This document shows, one piece after another, positions 38,794 through 49,800 of a stretch of 64,000 bases of DNA (position 1 is the stretch's first letter; every line of letters begins with the position of its first letter). The stretch comes from an uncultured Spirochaetales bacterium (GTDB lineage: Bacteria; Spirochaetota; Spirochaetia; CAYRYS01). The stretch lies in contig CAYRYS010000004.1 of NCBI GenBank assembly GCA_964428555.1, forward strand, positions 1-64,000, read 5' to 3'. Position numbers and translations under genes: made by a program. The notes beneath the pieces were generated by a model. That model searched no databases. It was not told the DNA's origin and worked only from the letters and a program-made list of their open reading frames with translations.

Positions 38794-41700
38794 ATGGGAA
38801 AATCTCAGTCAATCCAGAATAGGGCAAATGCTGTATATGTGGTAGGGATCGGTGCTTCCGCAGGAGGACTGGAGGCCTTACAGAGTTTTTTTAACAATGT
38901 TCCCTCAACGACAGGCATGGCTTTTGTTATTGTCCAGCATCTTTCCCCCAATTTTAAAAGTTTTATGAATGAACTGCTCGCAAAGCACACTACAATGCGA
39001 ATTAAAACAGCAGAAGATGAAACCGAAATTGAACCGAATACTATCTATCTAAATAGAAGAGATAAAAATATAGTTTGTGAGCAGGGAAAACTCATTCTAA
39101 AAGACAGAGATCCGGAAAAGATATTGAATTTACCGATTGATATGTTCTTTCATTCACTTGGTGAAGAATTCGCAGAAAAGGCAATAGCTGTTATACTCTC
39201 CGGTACCGGCTCAGACGGTTCCAGAGGAATCCGGACCATAAAAGAAGCAGGCGGAACCATAATGGTACAGGAGCCTACAACAGCACAATTCGACGGAATG
39301 CCAAACTCTGCAATTCGCACAAACCTCGCGGAATTCATACAAAGCCCTACTGAACTAGCAAAAATTCTAACTGACCTGCCCAAACGAAGCAATGCCCATG
39401 AGCGGCTTATTCAGGAAGGCAGTAACCAACTCTTTCACAAAATAATCGAAGAAATATCAGTATATTCAGGCAACAATTTCCATGAATACAAGAACAGTAC
39501 AATAGCTAGAAGGCTTCAAAAAAGGATGGACATACGGGGCATCGACACTTTGGAAGATTACCTGGCTTTTATGAAGGACAATGATAAAGAAAAGGAACTG
39601 GTAAGCAAGGAATTTCTTATTGGGGTTACCAACTTTTTTCGGAATCCCGAGGCGTTTCATACTCTTACCTCTAAAGTATTTCCCCGTTTGTTTAAGAAGG
39701 ATGATCAGACAAAAGTATACAGGATATGGATTTCCGGGTGTTCAAGCGGAGAGGAAGCCTATTCAATTGCTATTTTAATTGATGAATATTTGAAGAATAC
39801 TAAATCCAGAGCAGATTTCAAAATCTTTGCCACAGACATAGATAAGGAAGCAATCTATAAGGCTTCGGGGGGACATTATCCGATTAACATTTTAACAGAT
39901 GTCAATTCTGAACGTATCCAAAATTACTTTTTAAAAACCGGAGAACAATATAGAATAACAAAGCGAATCCGGGAAAAGATTGTATTCTCATACCATAATG
40001 TGCTTCAGGATCCTCCATTTATTCGAATGGACATGATTACCTGCAGAAACCTGCTTATTTACATGCAACCCAATGCTCAGGAACAGATTCTACATAAGTT
40101 TCAATTCGCTTTAAATCCAGGGGGATTCCTCTTTTTAGGGAACTCAGAAAATATAGGTAAACTAAAAGGATCTTTTGAAGAGATCGATTCAAAATGGAAG
40201 ATTTACCGTAATTCTGAAACGAGCGAGAAAGTTCCGAATTATGCAAATGCAGGATTTACTCCTGCAAGATATCAGAATAATTCCTACAAAAAAACCGAGT
40301 TTCCCTCAAAACCGTACCAAAAGCCCAAGAAGGGACAGCTTGATTATAATCAGCTCCTTGTAGACCGTTACGCTCCACCCTGTTTGATCGTTGACTCTGA
40401 CTTGTCCCTAAAATATATGCGCGGAAACATGGGAAAGTTCCTTCACATTCGGGAAGGTGCGTTTTCCGACTCCCTCCCTGATATGATAAATGATAACCTT
40501 ACTGCTATTATCCGTGACAGTATTAAACGGCTGCAAAGGAAAGATACTGATTCTGTACAGATAAACGATATTCCGGTTGAAAAGGACGACGGGAAGGTCT
40601 CTATAACCATCAAAATTCAGGAAGCAAGTCTTACACATGATGCAGGATTCATTATCTCAATCATTGGAGAGGAGGAACTCCCACAAGACCAGACAGTAAT
40701 AGAACAGCTTGACCTTGATGACCTTACGAAGAAGCGGTTTACTGAGATGGAAGACACAATTGCAACTCTCAAAGAAGAGAAGCAGAATATTGTCGAGGAG
40801 TTGGAAACAAGCAATGAAGAGCTTCAGTCCTCCAATGAGGAGCTCTTAGCTTCAAATGAAGAACTTCAAAGTACAAATGAAGAACTTCAGTCAGTTAATG
40901 AGGAGCTATATACAGTAAATACTGAGCTGCAGATCCGAAACAAAGAACTTTCTGAAGTAAACGCTGACATGGACAACCTATTAGCAAGCACTCAAATTGC
41001 AACCCTGTTTCTCGACTTCAATTTAAAGATCCGGAAATTCACTCCAGACCTAAAACGCATTTTTCGGTTGGAAGACTCGGACATAGGGCGCCCGATCCAT
41101 GACTTTGTTTCTAACTTTGTCGATGTTACAAGCAGCGACCTTATTGAACACGCTAAAACGGTCATGAAAACCAGGGATCCCCTTTTCCGGGAAGTTGAAA
41201 GTAAGGACGGAAGTTATTTCTTAAAGCGGATAACCCCTTTTCTTAAGGCTGACCAAAGCGTAGATGGATGTGTTATTACATTTATTGACATTACCCAGCT
41301 TCAGTCTGTAGAGCGGGAGGTAATTCATCAAAGCAAGAAAATAAAAGAGCAGAACAAAATACTCCAAAAAAAGAGCCAACAATTATATGATACTAACCAT
41401 GCCTTAAAGCAGAGCGAAGAACGGTTCAGAGGCACCTTTGAACACGCAGCTATAGGGATTGCCCATGTTAGCACCAAAGGCGAGATAATTCTCACAAATG
41501 AACGGCTCTGCAGTATTCTCGGCAGACCGAAAGAAAAGCTTCAAAAACAATATGTTCAGGATGTTATAACCTCTAAAGAGGAACCAAATATATCCGAGCT
41601 GCTCAATACATACCTCGAAAAGCATGAAACAATATCAGGTAAAGAGATCTGTGTTTCCCACCAAAAAGACAATAGCCAATGGATTGAGCTTACCATCTCT

Positions 41701-43242
41701 CCTCTAGAAAATGAGAACGGAAACCTTTTGTACCATATTGCTGTAATTGATGATATAACAGTCAGGAAAAAAACTGAGCAGCAACTTTTCCGGGCACATG
41801 AAACCCTGGAGCTCGCTTTTGATGCAGGCAAAATTGCGTGGTGGGACTGGAACTATCAATCCGGAGTTCTTGAATATGACAGCCGTAAAGCAACAATGCT
41901 TAACTATTCAAAAGAAGAGCTTGAGAACACCATGGAATGCTTCCGTTCCCGTGTTCACCCTGAGGACTTAGACAGTGTTGAGACATCTTTATCAGATTAT
42001 ATAAACGGAAAACTGCCTGCATACACTACCGAGTACAGGATAAAGAAAAAGAACGGAGAGTATCTTACTGTTTATGAACGTGCTGAAATTGTTAAAAGAG
42101 ACAGCAGAGGTCAGCCAAAGCGCATAATCGGAGTCACCTTTGATATTTCAGAGAAGAAGCTGGTAGAACAGGCATTGGCATCCAGTGAAGACCAGTTCAC
42201 CTTTCTGTTTGCCACAATGGCACAGGGGGTTGTGTATCACAATAAAGATGGAAGCATTATATCTGCGAATGCGGCTGCAGAGCAGATACTCGGACTATCA
42301 AGGGACCAGATACTAGGCAAGAAATCGATTGACCCCAACTGGCACTGTGTACATGAAGACGGCAGCACATTTCCCGGAGAAGAGCACCCCGCAATGGAGA
42401 GCTTACGTACAGGCAAACCGGTAAAGGACGTTACAATGGGAGTTTTTAATCCCAGGGACGGGGGCTATAAATGGATAAAAGTAAATACTAAACCAATCTA
42501 TCGAAATAATGATGAAGAGCCGGATATGGTGTATGCAAGTTTTGAAGATATTTCAGGATTAAAGGAAAAGGAATTCGAGCTTGAAAAAGCGGTCCGGGAA
42601 AAGGAAGTACTCCTTAGGGAGATACACCATAGAGTAAAAAACAACCTGCAAAAAATCATCAGCCTTCTGAACTTGCAGACATCTAAGATTGATGACCCTT
42701 ACCTCAGCAGCGCTTTCGAGGAATCAAAAAACAGGATTTACACAATGGCGCTCATTCATCAAAAACTGTATTTCTCAGAGGATTTGGCTTCTGTTAAGTT
42801 TTCCGAGTATGTTAAAAGCCTTGTACTTGATCTTTTAGGCATGTATTCAGTGAACGATTCTATAGAAGCGGATATACAGATAGAAGAAGCACAGGGTATT
42901 GATATAGATACCATTATCGCAAACGGACTAATAATAAACGAGCTTGTTTCTAACGCTGTTAAATACGCCTTTCCCAGGAACAAACAGAACTGCAGGATAA
43001 GTATCTCCGGGGAGATCCTGAACCATCAGAAATACCAGGTAACCTTTCAGGACAATGGCAGAGGCTTTCCGGAAAACTTCGAGGAAAACAATCAATTAAG
43101 CCTTGGTATGCGGCTTATTAATGCGCTATGCACCCAGCTCCGCGGTTCTATTTCCTTTAAGAACAGGAAGGGAGCAATGGTACTATTCACCTTCCCCATA
43201 AATGTTAATGAACAGGCCTATTTAAAACCGAAAAGAGAATAG
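38794..43242 (+). CDS. Multidomain chemotaxis-type signalling protein: CheB methylesterase - CheR methyltransferase - coiled coil - PAS x3 - HWE/HisKA_2 kinase - HATPase
   Basis: CheB catalytic domain VVGIGASAGGLEALQSFF...VIVQHLSPNF...GTGSDGSRG. CheR domain FFRNPEAFHTL, WISGCSSGEEAYSIAILI. Heptad repeats NEELQS. HWE-type H-box EIHHRVKNNLQKIISLLNLQ. GAGGTGA RBS. Confidence 0.85.
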   Translation: MGKSQSIQNRANAVYVVGIGASAGGLEALQSFFNNVPSTTGMAFVIVQHLSPNFKSFMNELLAKHTTMRIKTAEDETEIEPNTIYLNRRDKNIVCEQGKLILKDRDPEKILNLPIDMFFHSLGEEFAEKAIAVILSGTGSDGSRGIRTIKEAGGTIMVQEPTTAQFDGMPNSAIRTNLAEFIQSPTELAKILTDLPKRSNAHERLIQEGSNQLFHKIIEEISVYSGNNFHEYKNSTIARRLQKRMDIRGIDTLEDYLAFMKDNDKEKELVSKEFLIGVTNFFRNPEAFHTLTSKVFPRLFKKDDQTKVYRIWISGCSSGEEAYSIAILIDEYLKNTKSRADFKIFATDIDKEAIYKASGGHYPINILTDVNSERIQNYFLKTGEQYRITKRIREKIVFSYHNVLQDPPFIRMDMITCRNLLIYMQPNAQEQILHKFQFALNPGGFLFLGNSENIGKLKGSFEEIDSKWKIYRNSETSEKVPNYANAGFTPARYQNNSYKKTEFPSKPYQKPKKGQLDYNQLLVDRYAPPCLIVDSDLSLKYMRGNMGKFLHIREGAFSDSLPDMINDNLTAIIRDSIKRLQRKDTDSVQINDIPVEKDDGKVSITIKIQEASLTHDAGFIISIIGEEELPQDQTVIEQLDLDDLTKKRFTEMEDTIATLKEEKQNIVEELETSNEELQSSNEELLASNEELQSTNEELQSVNEELYTVNTELQIRNKELSEVNADMDNLLASTQIATLFLDFNLKIRKFTPDLKRIFRLEDSDIGRPIHDFVSNFVDVTSSDLIEHAKTVMKTRDPLFREVESKDGSYFLKRITPFLKADQSVDGCVITFIDITQLQSVEREVIHQSKKIKEQNKILQKKSQQLYDTNHALKQSEERFRGTFEHAAIGIAHVSTKGEIILTNERLCSILGRPKEKLQKQYVQDVITSKEEPNISELLNTYLEKHETISGKEICVSHQKDNSQWIELTISPLENENGNLLYHIAVIDDITVRKKTEQQLFRAHETLELAFDAGKIAWWDWNYQSGVLEYDSRKATMLNYSKEELENTMECFRSRVHPEDLDSVETSLSDYINGKLPAYTTEYRIKKKNGEYLTVYERAEIVKRDSRGQPKRIIGVTFDISEKKLVEQALASSEDQFTFLFATMAQGVVYHNKDGSIISANAAAEQILGLSRDQILGKKSIDPNWHCVHEDGSTFPGEEHPAMESLRTGKPVKDVTMGVFNPRDGGYKWIKVNTKPIYRNNDEEPDMVYASFEDISGLKEKEFELEKAVREKEVLLREIHHRVKNNLQKIISLLNLQTSKIDDPYLSSAFEESKNRIYTMALIHQKLYFSEDLASVKFSEYVKSLVLDLLGMYSVNDSIEADIQIEEAQGIDIDTIIANGLIINELVSNAVKYAFPRNKQNCRISISGEILNHQKYQVTFQDNGRGFPENFEENNQLSLGMRLINALCTQLRGSISFKNRKGAMVLFTFPINVNEQAYLKPKRE
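40804..40956 (+). repeat. Intragenic tandem 21-nt (7-codon) repeats encoding a (S/T/V)NEELQS coiled coil
   Basis: Six or seven consecutive 21-nt units, aatgaagagcttcagtcctcc / aatgaggagctcttagcttca / aatgaagaacttcaaagtaca and so on, visible by eye. Confidence 0.6.
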
Positions 43243-43406
43243 CGTAGTTATTCCTGGGAAGCCCGAAGCAGATAATCAATACTCGGTGTTTTTACCCCAT
43301 AAACAACCGCAACTCCGATTTGTTTTGAATTTTTTTTCTTGTTAAACAGATATAAGATATATTACGATAATTAATATACACGCACCCCCAGAGGTAAAAT
43401 TACAGT

Positions 43407-45281
43407 ATGAGAAAAAATATAACATTTCGTTTAATCACAATATTTCCACTGCTTGCTTTTATTCTGCTCTATGCAGCGGGACTACAGTTTTACCTTCCAG
43501 GAATACACACATCTAACATCCATATTGCTTTGGGAATTGCAGGCTTGGCAGGCCTTGGTTTAATTATTTTGTACGGGACAAGCACAATTCGCTTAATAAA
43601 AAGGTTCTGCAATATTCACCGGGACACTGATGACTTCCTCCATTGCCTTGAAAAGCTCGGAGCAATGCCGCTTAAGACATTCCTTTTTTTTATTATTGTT
43701 GTACTACTAATGTCTGTGGCTGTTACCTCTGGGTCTATAATTTTTTTCTCTGTAAATGCCTTTCAGATAATCATGTTTTCTCTGAACTTGTTCAGCTATG
43801 CTATGCTCTTCGCAGCAGTTGTATATATGCTCCTGGATAAATGGCTCTTGGGGTATCTTTTAGAACAAAAAGTAGCAAGGTACCCGCATAACTTAAAAGA
43901 GGACAGACAATATAAAAAGATTATTATTATCCCGATTTTCATGAGCTTAATGACAATAACAACAACTATTTCTTTTATCTTCCTGGAGCTTTCATCAGCA
44001 GGCACCCAGGGATTTACCACCAGTGAAGCCCTAATCGGCTACCTCGCTCAGCGAGTCATCGTGCCTTGGGTACTCTATTTTTCTATTGTTTTTCTCCTGG
44101 TAATGATCTGGGCAAAGAACACAAAGCGGCTTTATAATTCAGTAATTGATAGGATGAACAAAATCCTTTCTTCTGAAAAGGATATGACAGGAGATGTTTA
44201 TATCGGTTCTGTAGATGAAATAGCGTCCATTGCCGGTGACATCAATACTTTTTCGAGCATACTCAGATCAAGCTTAAAAAACATCCGCGACACTTTAAAC
44301 GAACTGGATACCTTTATTACCCAGCTTTTTTCAAGCGTAGACAAAGCTTCATCAAAGGTAGCCCAAATAGGAGAAACCATTTCCAATACCACCAAAAAGG
44401 TGGATACTCAGAACCATACTGCAGATACCGCAGTGAATGCAGCTATTTCAATTATAAATAAAATGAAAGAAATGAACAGCATAGTGGATAATCAGAGTTC
44501 CAGTGTAACAGAATCGACTGATGCAATCGAAGAAATAATTGCAAATGTAGAGGAGACAGCAAAGGATACAGAAAACTTATCAGCCCAGGGTAAGTCCCTT
44601 ACAGAAATGTCAAACAAGGGAGAGACAAGCATCCAGAATACAATTGCTGCTGTCGGCAGAATTTCAGAAATGTCCCACAGCCTTGTAGAAGTGAATAACC
44701 TTATTTCCGCAATTGCAAGCCAGACAAATATGCTTGCCATGAATGCAGCAATCGAGGCAGCCCACGCAGGGGAATACGGTAGAGGATTTGCTGTGGTGGC
44801 GGATGAAATTCGAAAGCTTGCTGAAACAACGTCCACCCAAATTAAAACCAGCAAGGACCAACTAAAAGAGATTGCGAGCGAAATTGAAGATGCACTTACT
44901 ACTGCACAGCATTCAGGAACAGCGTTTACAAATATTCAGGAAACCATCCAGTCCATGGACACTGCTTCCAACAGTATCAGCGAAGCAATGAAGCACCAGG
45001 CACAGACCAATTCACAGATACAGAAAACGATTAATTCTACAAAAGAGCTTACTGAAAACCTAACAGATATTTCCCACGAACTGACAAAAGAAGGCAACTC
45101 CCTGCTTGAATCTATGCGCAACATGAGTACCCATTCAGGTGAAGCTCTCCAGGATGCTTCCAGTATGCAGGATACGAATACATCCCTACAAAGCAGCATG
45201 GAAGACCTAAATGACCTTTCCTTTCAGACAAAACAGCTGCATAGAAAGGTTATGGAATTGATAAACACATACAAAATTTAA
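43407..45281 (+). CDS. Methyl-accepting chemotaxis protein with a polytopic (about 6 TM) N-terminal membrane module
   Basis: Highly conserved signalling-domain motif [36 protein letters not shown]-like segment after the last TM helix. Confidence 0.85.
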   Translation: MRKNITFRLITIFPLLAFILLYAAGLQFYLPGIHTSNIHIALGIAGLAGLGLIILYGTSTIRLIKRFCNIHRDTDDFLHCLEKLGAMPLKTFLFFIIVVLLMSVAVTSGSIIFFSVNAFQIIMFSLNLFSYAMLFAAVVYMLLDKWLLGYLLEQKVARYPHNLKEDRQYKKIIIIPIFMSLMTITTTISFIFLELSSAGTQGFTTSEALIGYLAQRVIVPWVLYFSIVFLLVMIWAKNTKRLYNSVIDRMNKILSSEKDMTGDVYIGSVDEIASIAGDINTFSSILRSSLKNIRDTLNELDTFITQLFSSVDKASSKVAQIGETISNTTKKVDTQNHTADTAVNAAISIINKMKEMNSIVDNQSSSVTESTDAIEEIIANVEETAKDTENLSAQGKSLTEMSNKGETSIQNTIAAVGRISEMSHSLVEVNNLISAIASQTNMLAMNAAIEAAHAGEYGRGFAVVADEIRKLAETTSTQIKTSKDQLKEIASEIEDALTTAQHSGTAFTNIQETIQSMDTASNSISEAMKHQAQTNSQIQKTINSTKELTENLTDISHELTKEGNSLLESMRNMSTHSGEALQDASSMQDTNTSLQSSMEDLNDLSFQTKQLHRKVMELINTYKI

Positions 45282-45291
45282 CCAAACCCGA

Positions 45292-46689
45292 TTAATGCAG
45301 AAATTTCTTTACAATACTGAGATTGCGCTTTGAGTACGGCGGATACCGGAAAGGCAGGTCCAGCCAGCGCGCTTTCTTTACTATAGATTTCTTATTGCTA
45401 AAGGTATCGAAACTGTACCATCCATGGTATTTTCCCATACCTGAATTTCCGACCCCGCCAAAAGGCAGCTTTGGGTCTGCAAGATGAATAATAGTGTCGT
45501 TAACGCAGCCTCCGCCGAAACGTATGCTTTCAGTTACCTGTTTCTCTATCTTTTTTGAAGAGGTGAACAGATATAAGGCAAGCGGGCTGGGACGGGTGCT
45601 AACAAAGGATATTACTTCCTGAATATCTGTGAAGGTAAGCACAGGAAGTATTGGTCCAAATATTTCCTCGCACATGACTTGGTCTTCCCTGGGGTCCACT
45701 TCTTCCAATACAGTAGGCGCAATGTATCGCTGAGAATCATCCCATTCTCCGCCGAATACCGTCTTACCTTCAGACAGGAAATCCTTTAATGCCTTGTACT
45801 GTTTATCATTGATAATTCTTGAGTAATCATGACTGTTTTTTGGGTCAGGACCATAAAATTCGTGTACGGTATTTTTCATTGCAGCAAGAAGTGGGTCTTT
45901 AACAGATTCATGAACATATAAATAGTCAGGGGCCACACAGGTCTGACCTGCATTCATGAATTTACCCCAGGTAATACGTTTTGCAGCAAGCTCAATATCC
46001 GCTGTTTCGTCTACAATGCACGGACTTTTTCCGCCCAGCTCAAGGGTTACAGGTGTAAGGTGCTTGCTCGCAGCTTCCATAACGATTTTCCCAAGAAACG
46101 GGCTGCCGGTAAAGAAAATATAATCATGTTTCCGTGATAGTAATGCCTGGTTTACTTCCCTGCCCCCTGTAAATACAGCAATGAAGGATTCAGAGAAGTA
46201 GTCTTCCAGCATCTGCCGAATCACATCTGTAGTATTTTCAGAATAATGAGCAGGTTTTGCAATTATAGTGTTTCCCGCTGATAGCGCGCCGATAATCGGA
46301 TCCATCATAAGTTGGAACGGATAGTTCCATGGAGCAATAATAAGGGCCCTGCCATAGGGTTCACAGAGGATGCGTCCTTTTGACGGGAAATGAGCCATCC
46401 CGATTGAAACCTTCTTCGGCTTCATCCATTTTTTTAGATGTTTTATATGATACCGGATCTCCTCTAATACAATACCGACTTCAGTTGAATAAGATTCAAA
46501 CTCAGGCTTATAAAAGTCCGCGGCCAAGGCCTTTATAATCTTTCCCTCATATTCTTTAATTGCTTTATACAGGGTTTCCAACATGGCCTTACGGAAACCA
46601 AAGGAATGGGTCGAACCGTTCCGAAACACATGGTCCTGCTCAGCAATGACATGATCCAGGCGTTTTTCCAATTCACTTTTTTCAGACAT
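45292..46689 (-). CDS. NAD(P)-dependent aldehyde dehydrogenase (class-3-like ALDH)
   Basis: ELGGKSP catalytic-Glu motif, FMNAGQTCVAPDY catalytic Cys, Rossmann FTGSPFLGKIV. GAGG RBS. Confidence 0.8.
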   Translation of the reverse strand: MSEKSELEKRLDHVIAEQDHVFRNGSTHSFGFRKAMLETLYKAIKEYEGKIIKALAADFYKPEFESYSTEVGIVLEEIRYHIKHLKKWMKPKKVSIGMAHFPSKGRILCEPYGRALIIAPWNYPFQLMMDPIIGALSAGNTIIAKPAHYSENTTDVIRQMLEDYFSESFIAVFTGGREVNQALLSRKHDYIFFTGSPFLGKIVMEAASKHLTPVTLELGGKSPCIVDETADIELAAKRITWGKFMNAGQTCVAPDYLYVHESVKDPLLAAMKNTVHEFYGPDPKNSHDYSRIINDKQYKALKDFLSEGKTVFGGEWDDSQRYIAPTVLEEVDPREDQVMCEEIFGPILPVLTFTDIQEVISFVSTRPSPLALYLFTSSKKIEKQVTESIRFGGGCVNDTIIHLADPKLPFGGVGNSGMGKYHGWYSFDTFSNKKSIVKKARWLDLPFRYPPYSKRNLSIVKKFLH

Positions 46690-46806
46690 AATAAACCTCG
46701 CATAATACTTTAGTGTATAGTATGCTAAATTCTCTGTCTAAACACAAACAGAAATACGTAAAAATCAGAAAAATGTATGGATTTGTTGTATAGCCTAAAA
46801 AGGCAG

Positions 46807-49800
46807 CTAATCTGTCTCTCCTGTTTCCACTTTTTCCAATACAGCAGCACCATAGGTAAATCCGCCTCCAAAGGCAGTCAGTCCACAATATCTGCCTTGT
46901 GGGGGAAGTATGTCCTTCAGGCACATGGGTATGGAACTGGAGGATGTATTTCCAAGGTTTGCAATATTGCTATACACCTTTTCCTTCGGTGCCTTCAGCT
47001 TCTGACGGACTGCGTTAATTATTCTCTGGTTTGCCTGGTGCGGCACCACAAGATCCAGCTGGTCAGGAGTAATCTCTGAGTTCTCGCATGCGGTTATAAG
47101 CATTTTCCGCATTGCAGCAACTGCTTCCAGAAACACCTTTGTTCCTTCCATTTTCACCGTATTCTCATTCAGCAAAGGAACAAACAGAGAGGATCCATCC
47201 TCTCCTTTTGCGGATGTAACAGGTCTATGTATCCACCACTTCCCCCGGGCTTGATGGTTTTTACCAAGCACAAGGGTTGCAGTTGCTGCGTCCCCGAAAA
47301 TCGGGGCTGTTCCCGGATCAGATGCATCGAGCTTACAGGAAAGGGTCTCTGTTGTTACCAGGAGGACCTTAGCATCAGGATTGCTTCTACAGACATCGTA
47401 TGCTGCCTGCAGCCCGTATATGTACCCTGAACATGCTGCATTAATGTCATAGGCCTGACATTCAAGATCACTGTCATTTGATACTGCATACTGTATTCTG
47501 CACGCCATGGAAGGGGTAATTGACTCAGGAGTTCCTGTTGCACAGATTATACAGTCAATCTCCTGTGGTCTTATTTGCTGCTGCGCAAGAAGCTCTTTTG
47601 AAACATCCACTGCAAGGGAAAGAGCGGACTCACCGTTTTCTACCCAATACCGAGTCTGGATTCCTGTGCGCTTGACAATGTCCTTTGGTTCCCATGCGCT
47701 GCAGAGAGCAGATATTTCCTGGTTCGTAACCAGACGGGAACCTGTTTTTCCGCATACCCCGGCGATTACTGCAACCCTGCTTCTATCTGCATCATCAACT
47801 GCGGTCACAGCATTGGATGAAGGTTTCTCCGGTTTTGTTATTGATATAACCGGTGTACCAGGATTTTCAGATGTTACCGGCTTTAGGGAAACCTCTCCTA
47901 TTGTGCGCACTGATGCAATCGGTGTTCCCACATCCACTACATCTCCATCTGGATGGAATATTTCTTCAACAGTGCCGGAAACAGATGCCTGCAGCTCAAT
48001 TGCAGCTTTGTCAGCTTCCAGGTCAGCAAGTACATCACCTTCGGAAATCTCATCCCCAGGTTTTACCTTCCACTCAATAATAATGATTGTCTCATCTGAC
48101 GGGCTCGATCCGATTGCTTCAATTTTCTGTATGCCAGAGGATTCTTCATCTTGCTTCTCCCAAGTTACCGAACCTCCAAGCATACGGAGACTTTCCTCAA
48201 GTAAGCGTTTATACGAAGGGAGCACCTCAAGCTGGTTAGCAAAGTTACAGGGAACATAGGTATCGCCCCTGGCAACCCTGGATATTTTTGCATTAACCCC
48301 GGATTCAGCAACCAGTGCAGCCAGCTCAGAACCGACACCGCAGGATATATTGTCTTCATGGCTAATTATCAAGTGTCCGGTTTTTCTGCATGACTGGATT
48401 ACTGTATCCGCATCCAATGGAGATAGGCTGCGCATATCTATAACTTCTGCTAATATACCGGCTTCCTGTAAAGCAGAGGCTGCTTTTTCACATAAGCCGA
48501 CTGTATTTCCCCACCCCGCAAGGGTAATGTCATCACCTTGTGTAACAATACGGGCACTCCCGATAGGGACAATCTGTTTTTCTATGTCTTTGCTTGTGGC
48601 AGTACGTTTTTCATTCAATAGGTTCTTAGGATAAAAAAACAAGGTCGGCCGTTTTGACTTAAGAGCTGCATGTAATAGCCCTGCTGCATCTGCTGCTGTT
48701 GAAGGCATGAATACATCTACCCCCGGCGTGTGGACTGCAATCGATTCCAAGCTGCTGGCATGAAAGGGACCAAGGCCTGGTTTATATCCCCCTGAGGTTA
48801 TCATCAGAATTGCAGGACATGTCCATCCTCCGTCAGTTCTCCAGTACATACTGCCCATTTCCGAGATAATCTGATTAAAGGCAATCGGCAGGAAATCCGC
48901 AAATTGGATAAACCCTATTGGCTGTCCCCCTGCAAGTGCCCTTCCAACAGTTACCCCTGCAATAGTTGCTTCAGAAAGCGGGGAATTCTCTACCCTGCCC
49001 GGATATTTAGAGGAAAGCCCCCGTGTAACACCAAAAACATCGCCTTTTGGATCAGCAATATCCTCTCCAAATAAACTAAGGGTTTTATTCTTCTCAAGCT
49101 CTGTATCAAGTACAGTACGTAAGGCCTCGATCATGGTAACAGACCGGTCCTTATCAGTACCCCGATATTCAATAGCCTTATCCTCTAAATCCGCAGGGAG
49201 CTCTGCTTTTGCAGTAAACACCGGGCTTGGTTCTTTTGACAGCTGGGAAATCTTTGCATCCTCTCTGAGGGTTTTCCGGAGTGAGTCTTCATCGTCTTGT
49301 ATCTGTTTTTCATCTATACCATTATCAACCAGCCAGTTTCGCAGATTTGCTACAGGATCACCGGTTTGCTGCACTGCGGTTATTTCATCTGAACCACGGT
49401 AAACCGTATGGTCATCAGCATTCGTATGGCTTGTAAGCCTGTCTGTTTCCATTACAACTATTGCCGGCATCCTGTTAGTGCGCATCTTCTCAACAACATT
49501 CTGGAAAGGCGCTGATAGGCTCTCAGGTTTTCTGCCATTCACCCGGGTAATCGGGAGGCTGTAGAACTGATCGCTTGCGCCTGAGGGGCAGTGAAAAAAG
49601 GTATTGCACCCCGTACGTGTTGAAATAGCAAATCCATTATCTTCTATAAGAAAAAGTACAGGCAACTCAGCACGGACAGCATGGGCTATTGCTTCCAGGA
49701 CTTCTCCCTCCTGGGTCATACCGTCTCCAAGGGAGCAAAGTACAATTGGTGCACCGGGGTTGTCTTTTATCTCAGCAGCAGCTCCAGCAGCCTGGAGAGC

